From Trichlorobacter lovleyi SZ (GTDB lineage: Bacteria > Desulfobacterota > Desulfuromonadia > Geobacterales > Pseudopelobacteraceae): a stretch of 32,000 nucleotides of DNA. Shown here piece after piece: positions 1 to 8,405 of the stretch. The stretch spans positions 2,040,001-2,072,000 of the forward strand of contig NC_010814.1 of assembly GCF_000020385.1 (NCBI RefSeq). Direction: 5' to 3'. The position numbers and the translations under genes were made by a program. The notes beneath the pieces were generated by a model. The model did not search any database. It saw only the letters and a program-made list of their open reading frames with translations, and was not told the DNA's origin. Position 1 is the first letter of the stretch, and the number at the start of each line of letters is the position of its first letter.

Positions 1-2
1 TC

Positions 3-173
3 AGGCAGCAGATGGGGAAGTCTGAGTTGCCGCTGCCGGAACCGTTTCTGGCTGAACTTTCTGCCATGCCTCCGGCAGCCGGTATCGCCTTGGGGGTTGA
101 CCGTCTGGTGATGCTCACGGTTGGCGCAGACTGTATTGATCAGGTTGTGGCCTTTACTCCGGAATCGCTGTAA
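3..173 (+). CDS. epmA: 3' end (last 56 codons) of an EpmA/GenX-type EF-P lysine ligase, a class II lysyl-tRNA-synthetase paralogue. The 5' part lies left of the window.
   Basis: Not in the ORF track because no start lies in the window. Frame 3 reads ...ELPLPEPFLAELSAMPPAAGIALGVDRLVMLTVGADCIDQVVAFTPESL*, with stop TAA at 171-173. GIALGVDRLVML is class II aaRS motif 3. From memory, the tail looks more like EpmA than LysS. Confidence 0.6.
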   Translation, partial: RQQMGKSELPLPEPFLAELSAMPPAAGIALGVDRLVMLTVGADCIDQVVAFTPESL

Positions 174-1504
174 GTCTCTTCAATCCGGCAGAGGGCGCAC
201 CCCTGGTGCAGCCTCAGCCTGATCTCTTCTCCGATCGCCAATTCAGCGGCATTTCTGATGATGTGCTTGTCGGTCTGTCGTTCAACCACGGAGAACCCCC
301 GCGCCAGTGTGTGCAGGGGAGAAAGTGCCTCAAGTCGCGCAGTTGCCTCTCCCCGTTCCCTGCCAAGTTGCTCAAGCTGGCTGGTTACACGCCGCTCGGC
401 ATGTTCTGTCAACAGCAGCAGTTTCTGGCGTAGTTTGCTGATCTGGATAGCAGGATGCAAACCGGCCAGATGCTGTTCCTGGCGGGCAAGCTGTTCCCTG
501 TGTCGTCCAAACAGGTTTCGTAGTGCCATGTCCAGGCGTTCAGAAAGGTCATCAACCCGCTGTAGCTGATGCCCTAACATTCGAGAAGGATCATGCAGGG
601 CACGGCGTAACCCGGCAAGGTTGTGTATACGCAGCTTCAGCTGGCTTGAAATCGCCTGATCCAGTCGAAGAACAAGATTCTGAATTTGATTGAGCAGTTC
701 TTCTCGAGCAGTGCAGACCAGTTCTGCAGCCGCCGATGGCGTTGGAGCTCGCAAATCAGCAACAAAATCACAGATAGTCCAATCTGTCTCGTGGCCCACT
801 GCAGAGATAACCGGAATTCTGGAACGATACACCGCACGGGCAACCAGCTCTTCGTTAAAGGCCCAGAGGTCTTCCAGAGAACCACCGCCACGACCTACAA
901 TCAGGACATCAGCAGCATTCAGCCGGTTGAGATTGTCAATGGCAGCAGCAATCTCAGCAGCTGAACCAACGCCCTGAACCCGTACCGGGTACACAATCAG
1001 GTGCAATCCTGCATTGCGTCGCCCCAGTACATTCAGTATGTCATGGATTGCCGCACCACTTGCAGAGGTGACAATACCGACCTTCTGAGGCATGAACGGC
1101 AAGGGCTGTTTATGAGATTCACTGAACAGCCCCTCTCCTGCCAGGCGTTCCTTAAGCTGCACAAAGGCGGCCTGCAGGGCACCTAAGCCTTTAGGTTCGG
1201 CATATTCTGCAATCAGCTGGTATTCTCCGCGCTGGTCGTAGACAGAAAGCCGTCCCCGTACAACCAGGGCCATTCCCTCTTCAAGCTTGAACTTAAGTGC
1301 CTTAACACTGCTGCGAAACATGACACAGCGCAGCATCGCTCCACTGTCTTTAAGGGTGCAATAGACGTGGCCTGATGCAGCATAGGTCAGGTTTGAAGCC
1401 TCGCCTTCAGCCCAGACCTGGCTAAAGTTGTCCTCAATCAGGTCTTTCAAGAGTGAGGTCAGGCGAGAGACAGTCAGTATGGTCTGTTCTGCAAAGAGAT
1501 TCAT
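140..1504 (-). CDS. xseA: Exodeoxyribonuclease VII large subunit (454 aa from ATG 1504)
   Basis: MNLFAEQTILTVSRLTSLLKDLIE...VWAEGEASN...GHVYCTLKD...VGIVTSASGAAIHDI...LIVGRGGGSLEDLWAFNEE...ISAVGHETDWTICDFVADLRAPTPSAAAE is collinear with E. coli XseA. The 27 extra residues in the track ORF (start 1585) have no XseA counterpart. No xseB is adjacent. Confidence 0.93.
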   Translation of the reverse strand: MNLFAEQTILTVSRLTSLLKDLIEDNFSQVWAEGEASNLTYAASGHVYCTLKDSGAMLRCVMFRSSVKALKFKLEEGMALVVRGRLSVYDQRGEYQLIAEYAEPKGLGALQAAFVQLKERLAGEGLFSESHKQPLPFMPQKVGIVTSASGAAIHDILNVLGRRNAGLHLIVYPVRVQGVGSAAEIAAAIDNLNRLNAADVLIVGRGGGSLEDLWAFNEELVARAVYRSRIPVISAVGHETDWTICDFVADLRAPTPSAAAELVCTAREELLNQIQNLVLRLDQAISSQLKLRIHNLAGLRRALHDPSRMLGHQLQRVDDLSERLDMALRNLFGRHREQLARQEQHLAGLHPAIQISKLRQKLLLLTEHAERRVTSQLEQLGRERGEATARLEALSPLHTLARGFSVVERQTDKHIIRNAAELAIGEEIRLRLHQGCALCRIEETYSDSGVKATT

Positions 1505-1511
1505 GGCTGAA

Positions 1512-1540
1512 AAGGTATCACAGTGGCTGCAGATGGTCAA
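1512..1540 (-). promoter_or_regulatory. Candidate sigma70-type promoter for xseA
   Basis: Minus strand reads TTGACC (1540-1535), a 17-nt spacer ending in TGA (extended -10), then TACCTT (1517-1512). The -10 ends 7 nt before ATG 1504, so the mRNA would be leaderless or nearly so. Confidence 0.3.
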
Positions 1541-1547
1541 ACCAGGG

Positions 1548-1576
1548 TTGACCACAGGGCTCACTTTCCGTATGAT
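1548..1576 (+). promoter_or_regulatory. Candidate sigma70-type promoter for the ParA-like gene
   Basis: TTGACC (1548-1553), an exact 17-nt spacer, then TATGAT (1571-1576). The -10 ends 7 nt before ATG 1584, and no Shine-Dalgarno fits in between. Confidence 0.4.
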
Positions 1577-1583
1577 GCGCGCC

Positions 1584-2975
1584 ATGAATAATTTTCCCTA
1601 TATCCTGACCATTTCATCTGAAAAGGGTGGTGTCGGCAAGACCACGCTGGCAACAAATCTGGCAATTTACTTGAAAGCTATGCAGGAAGATCTGCCGGTT
1701 ACCATCATATCCTTCGACAATCACTTTACTGTTGACCGCATGTTTGAGTTGAAAGGTCAAGAAACGCGTGGTACGGTCGAAGATATGTTGACCGGTACCC
1801 CTGGAGCCGATCTGCTTCACCAGGGGCAGTACGGCGTCAGCTACATCCCGTCTTCCAACAACCTGACAGAGCTGTATCAAGGTTTTAAAGGGCCGATGGC
1901 GCTTTGCCGTATGGTGGCGGAATCAGGCATTTCCGGTATTATTGTGCTGGATACCCGTCCAGACCTGAATATCCTGACCCAAAACGCCCTCTATGCGGCA
2001 GACCGGGTCCTGATTCCGGTCAAAGACATGCCCAGCCTCGAAAACTGCAAGCATATCTTTGCACTATTTGATCAGCGCGGTATTGACAAGAAATCCCTCT
2101 CCCTGATCCCCTGCCTGATAGATAACCGGATCAAATATGATGGCCTGTTCAAGGACCAGCGTACCCTCTTGCGGGCCTTTGCCATCAATCGCGGCTATCG
2201 CTGCATGGATACCTATATTTCCAAAAGTCCCAAGGTTGAGAGTCTTAACACCAATCCAGACGGTAAGATCTATCCAATACTCAGTCATGCCCGCGAAACC
2301 GAGGTGCACAACCAGTTCACTGAACTGGCACGGGATATCTTTTCCGGCTACCAGCAGACCGTCGAGCCGCGTGCCTACCTGTATCATCAGTGGTTGTCTG
2401 AGCAGGAAGGACGTAAGAAAGAGGCGTTTCTTGCACGTCTGGAAGGTGTTTTGCCCCATTGTGTTATCTGTGGCAAGCTGCATGAGGAGACAGGTTCCAA
2501 AGGCTTCTATTTTGAGACGGCAGATCGTACATCGAGAGGTTTTTTGCACAGTGACTGTTTTGTAGGGATGCTTTGCTCAATCCTTTATGATTTGCATCCC
2601 CGTTCTGATCTGTATCAACTTTCACTGCAGGTTGTCCGTGAAAGCGCGGGGGCATCTGTTGCAATCTTTCGCCCCCTGCTGGACCAGTCCGGTCAGCACC
2701 GCCTGCTTTTTCAGCAGATAGGCCAGGATGGAACCCCTCTGCTCGAACGAGAGCTCTCCCTTGAAGGGTTCCTGGAAGGTGTCTTTGACGGCATACGAGA
2801 CCAGCTGTTTCTGCTCCTGAATGAATCCATGACCGGTTATGATGGAGGGTTGCGCTCAAGCTGGCTTGCGGTCCATCCGGTAGATGAGTCAAAACCTGAA
2901 CAGGTGCTGCAGGATACGTCCTATCGCAGAATCCAGGATTTGCATCGGCGCGTTACTGAGATGGCCACTAACTGA
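1584..2975 (+). CDS. Orphan ParA/MinD-family P-loop ATPase (about 255 aa) fused to an unrecognised C-terminal domain of about 200 aa; 463 aa in total
   Basis: MNNFPYILTISSEKGGVGKTTLATNLA contains the deviant Walker A KGGxGKT with the signature Lys. IIVLDTRPDLN is Walker B. ADRVLIPVKDMPSLEN is a ParA-type motif. The C-terminal half contains CVIC (2460-2471) and HSDC (2547-2558) and matches no domain I recognise. Track ORF start 1428 is antisense to xseA and is rejected. Confidence 0.85.
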   Translation: MNNFPYILTISSEKGGVGKTTLATNLAIYLKAMQEDLPVTIISFDNHFTVDRMFELKGQETRGTVEDMLTGTPGADLLHQGQYGVSYIPSSNNLTELYQGFKGPMALCRMVAESGISGIIVLDTRPDLNILTQNALYAADRVLIPVKDMPSLENCKHIFALFDQRGIDKKSLSLIPCLIDNRIKYDGLFKDQRTLLRAFAINRGYRCMDTYISKSPKVESLNTNPDGKIYPILSHARETEVHNQFTELARDIFSGYQQTVEPRAYLYHQWLSEQEGRKKEAFLARLEGVLPHCVICGKLHEETGSKGFYFETADRTSRGFLHSDCFVGMLCSILYDLHPRSDLYQLSLQVVRESAGASVAIFRPLLDQSGQHRLLFQQIGQDGTPLLERELSLEGFLEGVFDGIRDQLFLLLNESMTGYDGGLRSSWLAVHPVDESKPEQVLQDTSYRRIQDLHRRVTEMATN

Positions 2976-3003
2976 AGACAGGCTACTGACAGGAATTGAG
3001 TTC

Positions 3004-3477
3004 ATGACAAACCTGATAACTTCCCAAGGATTAAAGCGTCTTCAGGATGAGTTTGAATATCTTTGGCGGGTAGAACGGCCCAAAGTTGTGCAGGGGGTCT
3101 CTGATGCTGCTGCCGAAGGTGATCGTTCTGAAAATGCCGAATATATTTACGGTAAAAAACGCCTGAGGGAGATTGACCGCAAACTCAAGCAGCTGGGGGG
3201 GCGTCTGAAGGTGCTTGAAATAGCACCAGCACCGCCACAAAATCCGGTCAGGGTAAGCTTCGGTTGTTGGGTTTCCTATGAAGATCTGGAAGGCAACTCT
3301 TACTGCTATCAGCTGGGAGGTCCGGACGAGTTTGATGTGAAGCAGGGAGTCATCAGTATTGACTCACCGGTTGGTCAGGCCCTGCTGCATAGACAGGTAG
3401 ATGACGAGGTCACTATCCGACGTCCCGGTGGTGACCTCGTGGTCTACATTACCGAAATACGTACTATTCGCGGTTAA
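3004..3477 (+). CDS. greB: Transcription elongation (cleavage) factor GreB, 157 aa
   Basis: MTNLITSQGLKRLQDEFEYLWRVERPKVV...GDRSENAEYIYGKKRLREIDRKLKQL...ISIDSPVGQALL matches the GreB signature (YLW..ERP, GDRSENA.Y.Y.KKRLREIDRR). Start 3004 was chosen over track start 2884. Confidence 0.9.
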   Translation: MTNLITSQGLKRLQDEFEYLWRVERPKVVQGVSDAAAEGDRSENAEYIYGKKRLREIDRKLKQLGGRLKVLEIAPAPPQNPVRVSFGCWVSYEDLEGNSYCYQLGGPDEFDVKQGVISIDSPVGQALLHRQVDDEVTIRRPGGDLVVYITEIRTIRG

Positions 3478-3742
3478 TGCTCTCTTTGAGGATAGCACTT
3501 GGCTTAAACGTCAGTACACGACGGGGTTCAATGGTGATCGCTTCACCTGTTTGAGGGTTACGGCCGCGGCGTGCATTTTTCTCCCTAACCTCGAAGATGC
3601 CAAAACCTGATATCTTGACATTTTCTCCTTTTTCCAAAGTCTCCTTGATCAGATCCAGGAGCGCCTCAACATAGTCTGCAGCCTCTTTTTGCCGTATACC
3701 AAGTTCTTGGTGCAGTTGTTTGGCCAGCTCAATCTTGGTCAT
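3464..3742 (-). CDS. ihfA: Integration host factor alpha-like HU/IHF family DNA-binding protein, 92 aa
   Basis: ISGFGIFEVREKNARRGRNPQTGEAITIEPRRVLTFKPS resembles the IhfA arm (GFGNF.LR.K..R.GRNPKTGE.I.I..RRVVTF.PG). RBS GGGAGGG lies upstream of the ATG. Confidence 0.85.
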   Translation of the reverse strand: MTKIELAKQLHQELGIRQKEAADYVEALLDLIKETLEKGENVKISGFGIFEVREKNARRGRNPQTGEAITIEPRRVLTFKPSAILKESINRE

Positions 3743-3801
3743 ATGGATACCCTCCCTGATTCAGGTCTGCTATCTGCAGTCCGAGTGTGTTTGTTTCTGA
3801 A

Positions 3802-4806
3802 TTATTTGGCAGTAATCAGTCTGGTTACCTTTACCAGTGAAATACCTTTTGACTGCAATTCAGGTAATGCCTTGGTCAAAGTAGCAACAGTTACAGGATG
3901 GGGATGGCAAATAGCTATGGCGCGACCGTTTTTTCGGGCACGGGCTACTGCCTGGTTCAGTTGTCCTCTGATATACTCTTCATTCTGTTCATTATCCAAA
4001 AACACATCCCGACGGGCAGAAGCCAGCTTAATCTCTGCAGCCACCTTGAGACCCGTTGTTTTTGGTGTTGTGATACTATCAACAAAAAAGAGGCCATGCT
4101 CCTTCAGAACATTTAAAACAACACGCATCTTATCTGCATTTTCTGTGAAACCTGATCCCATATGGTTATTGGCACCCACTGCCTGGGGTAGAAGCTCCAG
4201 ATAGCCGCGCACCCTGCTGCGCAGTTCTTCATCTGACTGATCAAGCAACAGTCCGTTGGGCTCCAGACGCCGCTGAGGGTATTCTTTGGGCTGCATTGGC
4301 ATATGCAGCAGGACCTCAATCCCCTTCCCTGTCGCAAATAACGCTACTTCACGGTCATGCCGCAGTCCTGGAATGATAGCGAAATTGATCGGTAGCCCGA
4401 TAGCTGCCAGTGAGCGGGCTTCTTGTAAAGAACTGCCCATATCATCAACAATAACAGCAAGCTCAGCCCTGCCTGCCGTTGGCCTTTGAACTGTTTGCGA
4501 CGGTAATTGGGCAGGATGGATATCACCGGAATAATAATCATTTTTTGTTTGTGTCTGACTTGTCGCATTTTCTGCAGGCTTTTGAGTTGACGGTGACACC
4601 GTTGAGGATGAACGAGGGCTCTGGGGAACTGGTAGCTGTTGTACGGTTGCTTTATTTTGTTGGGCAGGTTTCTGGAGATAGTGCTGCAACAGATAGCCAC
4701 CAATCATCAGTACACAGACAGCGATCAAAAAAACGGCAAAGGCGAAACCGCCCTTGCCGTTCTTCTTATACCTGTTGGGGCGTGGTGAAGGCTGCTTCTG
4801 GGCCAC
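3802..4806 (-). CDS. Divergent polysaccharide deacetylase family protein (YibQ-like) with an N-terminal membrane anchor and a low-complexity linker
   Basis: Motifs NNHMGSGFT, FFVDS.TT and AIAICHPHP are present. Position downstream of envC-ctpA mirrors the E. coli envC-yibQ linkage. The GTG start abuts the ctpA stop. Confidence 0.8.
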   Translation of the reverse strand: MAQKQPSPRPNRYKKNGKGGFAFAVFLIAVCVLMIGGYLLQHYLQKPAQQNKATVQQLPVPQSPRSSSTVSPSTQKPAENATSQTQTKNDYYSGDIHPAQLPSQTVQRPTAGRAELAVIVDDMGSSLQEARSLAAIGLPINFAIIPGLRHDREVALFATGKGIEVLLHMPMQPKEYPQRRLEPNGLLLDQSDEELRSRVRGYLELLPQAVGANNHMGSGFTENADKMRVVLNVLKEHGLFFVDSITTPKTTGLKVAAEIKLASARRDVFLDNEQNEEYIRGQLNQAVARARKNGRAIAICHPHPVTVATLTKALPELQSKGISLVKVTRLITAK

Positions 4807-6174
4807 CTAACGTTTCTCCGGACCCATTTTCTTTAATATTTCCCAACTTTTCAGCAGGTCAAGGGCACGTACCAGTTGATAGTCGACCTTGAGAGGATCC
4901 ACAGCTTTTTTTGCATCAGCGTTTTCTTTTGCAGTCTCTTTGGTTACTTCTTTTTTGTCGTCGGTCTTCTTCTCGGCATCGGTGTTTTCAAAATGGTTTT
5001 CGAGGTCTTTTTCCCGTATGAAAAGAGACTCACGACGGGCAGTTTCTTTAGGCATTTCCATCTGTTCTACCACTATGTCCGGAGTAATTCCTTTCGCCTG
5101 AATAGAACGCCCCTTTGGGGTATAATAACGTGCAGTAGTCAAGCGCAGACCGGATTCATCAGCCAGAGGAATGATGGTTTGTACAGAGCCTTTGCCAAAG
5201 CTTTGGGTTCCCATCACAATTGCTCTTTGATGGTCTTGTAAAGCACCGGCCACAATTTCTGAGGCACTGGCGCTGCCACCATTTATCAGGACGACTATCG
5301 GATAACCAGGCTCTTTGGCACGTGAACTTGCAGTAAACTGCATGCGGGATTCTTTGTCACGGCCTTCGGTATAGACAATCAACTTGCCGTTTTCAATAAA
5401 ATGATCCGAGATGCGGACTGCCTGGTCCAGCAATCCGCCTGGATCGTTACGCAAGTCAAGCACCAGACCTAAGAGCTGTTTGCCTTTGTTTTCTTCAACC
5501 AGAGCTTTAAGCGCCTTGGCAACATCTTCATCAGAGCGCTCCTGGAACTGTGCAACCCTGATATAGCCATAGCCATTATCCAGCATGCGTGATTTGACGC
5601 TCTTTACCTGGATGATGTCACGAACCAGAGTAAATTCTTTCGGGCGTTCAAAACCATCGCGCATAATGGTCAAAACAACCTTTGAGCCTTTAGGGCCACG
5701 CATCCGCTTGACAGAATCAGTGATGGTCAGATCCTTGGTAAAACGCTCATCAATCCGTAAAATCTGGTCGCCAGCCTTGATGCCTGCCCGTTGGGCCGGA
5801 GTGTCCTCAATTGGAGAAATAACCGTTAAAATACCCTCTTTCATGCTGATTTCAATACCTAGACCTCCAAAAGCCCCTTTGGTTTCAACCTTCATTTCCT
5901 TGAAGGTATCAGGCGACATAAATGAGCTGTGGGGGTCAAGAGCAGCGAGCATACCGTTGATTGCGCCATAGATAAGCTTCTTGGAATCAACCTCTTCAAC
6001 GTAGCTCTTCTTAACAATGGTCATAACATCTGTAAACAGACCAATATATTCGTAGTCCTTGCCACCCTGGGCATCACACCGTCGCTGGGTGCTGATGCCG
6101 ATGAAGGCAACCAGGGCAACAACAATAATCACAAAACCAAAGGCAATTCTCTTTGTTCTGCCAGACTTCAGCAT
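4807..6174 (-). CDS. ctpA: Carboxy-terminal processing protease (S41 family, Ctp/Prc-like) with a PDZ domain
   Basis: GGLGIEI...GILTVISPIEDTPAQRAGIKAGD is the PDZ domain. LDLRNDPGGLL and VVLINGGSASASEIVAGALQD are the S41 catalytic Ser/Lys region. An N-terminal TM anchor is present. Confidence 0.92.
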   Translation of the reverse strand: MLKSGRTKRIAFGFVIIVVALVAFIGISTQRRCDAQGGKDYEYIGLFTDVMTIVKKSYVEEVDSKKLIYGAINGMLAALDPHSSFMSPDTFKEMKVETKGAFGGLGIEISMKEGILTVISPIEDTPAQRAGIKAGDQILRIDERFTKDLTITDSVKRMRGPKGSKVVLTIMRDGFERPKEFTLVRDIIQVKSVKSRMLDNGYGYIRVAQFQERSDEDVAKALKALVEENKGKQLLGLVLDLRNDPGGLLDQAVRISDHFIENGKLIVYTEGRDKESRMQFTASSRAKEPGYPIVVLINGGSASASEIVAGALQDHQRAIVMGTQSFGKGSVQTIIPLADESGLRLTTARYYTPKGRSIQAKGITPDIVVEQMEMPKETARRESLFIREKDLENHFENTDAEKKTDDKKEVTKETAKENADAKKAVDPLKVDYQLVRALDLLKSWEILKKMGPEKR

Positions 6175-6269
6175 GGTGATTCATCCTCCAAATGGGATCA
6201 AGCTAGTTAACGTTCTTTTATACATCGAACAGATAAGGAAAACGAGCGTTTTTTACAATAATTTCAGTG

Positions 6270-7466
6270 TCAGCGTACCCACCCGGCCGGATCAACCGGT
6301 TTTCCCTGGTGCCTGATCTCAAAATAGAGGGCCGGCCCCTTGGCTGAGTCAACATCACCCACCGCTGCCACCACATCCCCCTTGGCTACATCGCTGCCGA
6401 CCTTACGGTTGAGTCGTGACGCATAGGCATAAAGGCTGAAGTAGCCGCCTCCATGGTCGATGATAATCATGTTGCCATAGCCCTTGAAATAGTCTGCAAA
6501 GATAACGGTGCCTTCATAGATAGTACGAATATCTGATCCGGCTGCAGCAGAAATGACAATCCCTTTACTGAAGGTGTACGAGTTGAATTCAGGATGTTTA
6601 TGTTTACCAAAGGTTTCAATCACCTCACCTTTGACCGGCATCCGCATCCGTCCTTTTTGTGAGGCAAAACCACGATCAGGCACAGGAGGCAGCTCGGGAA
6701 GCTGTTTGCGCTTTGCTGATGGATCATGCTTTTCAGCTGCTTTTCTACGGCTTTGGGCTTCAAGCCTGTTAAGCATGGTTTGAAGTCTCGCGGCATTGGC
6801 CTGCAGCTCTTTCAATGAGGTTTCATACCCTTGCCGGTCCTGTCTGACTTTGCTTAAATAACTGGATTTTTTCTGTTTATCCTGCTCAATTTCTTTCTTT
6901 TTGGAAGCGATGTTCCCTTTTAAGCGCTCCTTGCGGGTCGCATCCTGTTCCAGGCGCAATTTCAGCTGACGAAGTTCCTCAATTTTCTGGTTATATTCAG
7001 CAAAGATCCGTTTATCCTGTTCCAGCACTGATCGCATGTAACGAATATTTTCGGCCATCTGGGGGAAGCTCTCCGCAGAGAAAAACATTCGAACCGCTCC
7101 CAGTTCTCCTGCTTTGTAGAGCGAGGTCAGACGTCGTTCAATCTGCACCCGCCTTTGTTGTGCTTCCACTGTGGTCCGTTCAATTTCTTTACCTGTTTTA
7201 TCAATGCTGCCTTCTACCGTCTGCAGGTCCCGGTCAAGCTGTTTCAGCTCAGATTCTTTACGATTTAGCGAATGCACAATTTCCTGCAGCTCACTAGACA
7301 CGACCTGCTCAACCTTGCGTGTCTTTTTAATCAGGTGCTGTTTTTCGCGAATTTCCTTCTTGACACCGCGCAGTTCATCCTGAGGGCTGGCCGTTACTGG
7401 CAATGCCGAACAGACAAGCAGGCATGTCTGAATAACTGCAGATATGAAGGGATTAAATGCTTTCAC
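6270..7466 (-). CDS. envC: Murein hydrolase activator EnvC-like protein (long coiled coil plus a C-terminal M23/LytM domain)
   Basis: Signal peptide MKAFNPFISAVIQTCLLVCSALPVTA, then about 230 aa of heptad-rich coiled coil, then the LytM domain (...GIVISAAAGSDIRTIYEGTVIFADYFKGYGNMIIIDHGGGYFSLYAY...). It lies immediately after ftsEX. Confidence 0.88.
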   Translation of the reverse strand: MKAFNPFISAVIQTCLLVCSALPVTASPQDELRGVKKEIREKQHLIKKTRKVEQVVSSELQEIVHSLNRKESELKQLDRDLQTVEGSIDKTGKEIERTTVEAQQRRVQIERRLTSLYKAGELGAVRMFFSAESFPQMAENIRYMRSVLEQDKRIFAEYNQKIEELRQLKLRLEQDATRKERLKGNIASKKKEIEQDKQKKSSYLSKVRQDRQGYETSLKELQANAARLQTMLNRLEAQSRRKAAEKHDPSAKRKQLPELPPVPDRGFASQKGRMRMPVKGEVIETFGKHKHPEFNSYTFSKGIVISAAAGSDIRTIYEGTVIFADYFKGYGNMIIIDHGGGYFSLYAYASRLNRKVGSDVAKGDVVAAVGDVDSAKGPALYFEIRHQGKPVDPAGWVR

Positions 7467-7471
7467 GCAGA

Positions 7472-8392
7472 CTAGCCTGTGATCTCATTAATGAAGCGCC
7501 TCAGCGCTGCCAGGCTGCCGAGAAAGCCAAGTCCGGCTCCGGCACCGAGCAGTCCGGCTATGTACTCAGGCGGTAAAAAGGCGAGACCGGCAGTGGCCGG
7601 ATTAAAGGTCAGAAAATTTCCGGCATTATGCAGGAACAGTAGGTGCACGGACAACAGCAATAGCAGGGCTAGCATACCGCCAGCCATTCCCTGCAACAGT
7701 CCTTCCAACAGAAAAGGCATCTTGATGAACAGCCGGGTGGCACCTACCAGCGACATTACCTCGAGTTCGTCACGACGGGCATAAATGGTAAGCTGAATCG
7801 TGTTGGAGACAATGAAGATAACTGCCAAGACCAGAAAACCTCCCACCAATCCCCCAACAATCCGCATGAAGGTCAGGAAGGTATTGAAACGCCTGACCCA
7901 CTCTTCGCCATACTGTATTTCGCCAATTCCTGAAATGCCCTTCAGTTTTGCAACGTACGCATCTACTGCCTCAGAGCCCCGGCTGCTCTTCTTCAGGCTG
8001 ATTTCAAAGGAGGCTGGCAACACTTCCGGCCTGATTCCCTCAAGGAGGGTCTCCTGCCCTTTTAAGCGTGTCTTAAAACGTTTGAATGCCTCATCACGAC
8101 TGATCCAGGTGACTCTGGAGGTGGCAGGCAGGGCCTGAATCTTGTTCTTGAGATCACTTTGTTCCTGCGGGGCGAGCTCTTTGTCAAAATAGACCGTAAT
8201 CTGTACCTTTTCACTCCAGGTGTCAGCAGCATTTTCAAGGTTTACAAAGAGCAGTAAAAACAGCGAAACAATCAGCAGAGCAAGGGTGATAGTGCCGACC
8301 GTTACGACATTCACAAATACGTTCTGGCGGATGTTGGTTAAGGCACGCCCCATAAAATATCGCAGACGTCCCTGAGTACCGGGGGCAGCCAT
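7472..8392 (-). CDS. ftsX: Cell division ABC transporter permease-like protein FtsX
   Basis: Four TM segments with a periplasmic loop between TM1 and TM2, and a C-terminal FtsX fold (VMSLVGATRLFIKMPFLLEGLLQG). ATG 8392 gives RLRYFMGRALTNIRQN, a typical FtsX N-terminus, and lies 13 nt after the ftsE stop. Track start 8491 overlaps ftsE. Confidence 0.9.
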   Translation of the reverse strand: MAAPGTQGRLRYFMGRALTNIRQNVFVNVVTVGTITLALLIVSLFLLLFVNLENAADTWSEKVQITVYFDKELAPQEQSDLKNKIQALPATSRVTWISRDEAFKRFKTRLKGQETLLEGIRPEVLPASFEISLKKSSRGSEAVDAYVAKLKGISGIGEIQYGEEWVRRFNTFLTFMRIVGGLVGGFLVLAVIFIVSNTIQLTIYARRDELEVMSLVGATRLFIKMPFLLEGLLQGMAGGMLALLLLLSVHLLFLHNAGNFLTFNPATAGLAFLPPEYIAGLLGAGAGLGFLGSLAALRRFINEITG

Positions 8393-8405
8393 GGTAGGAC
8401 GCTTG

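Noticed and set aside
1428-1583. N-terminal extensions in the ORF track: 1428 for the ParA-like gene, 2884 for greB, 8491 for ftsX, 12787 for clpP, 22274 for fabG, 24790 for fabH, 28864 for the radical SAM gene, 29522 for rnc and 29534 for tmk.
   Set aside because: The extensions overlap the preceding gene or run antisense to it. Several begin at GTG or TTG, and they lack homology to the family N-termini. Internal ATGs with SD sequences match the conserved N-termini.
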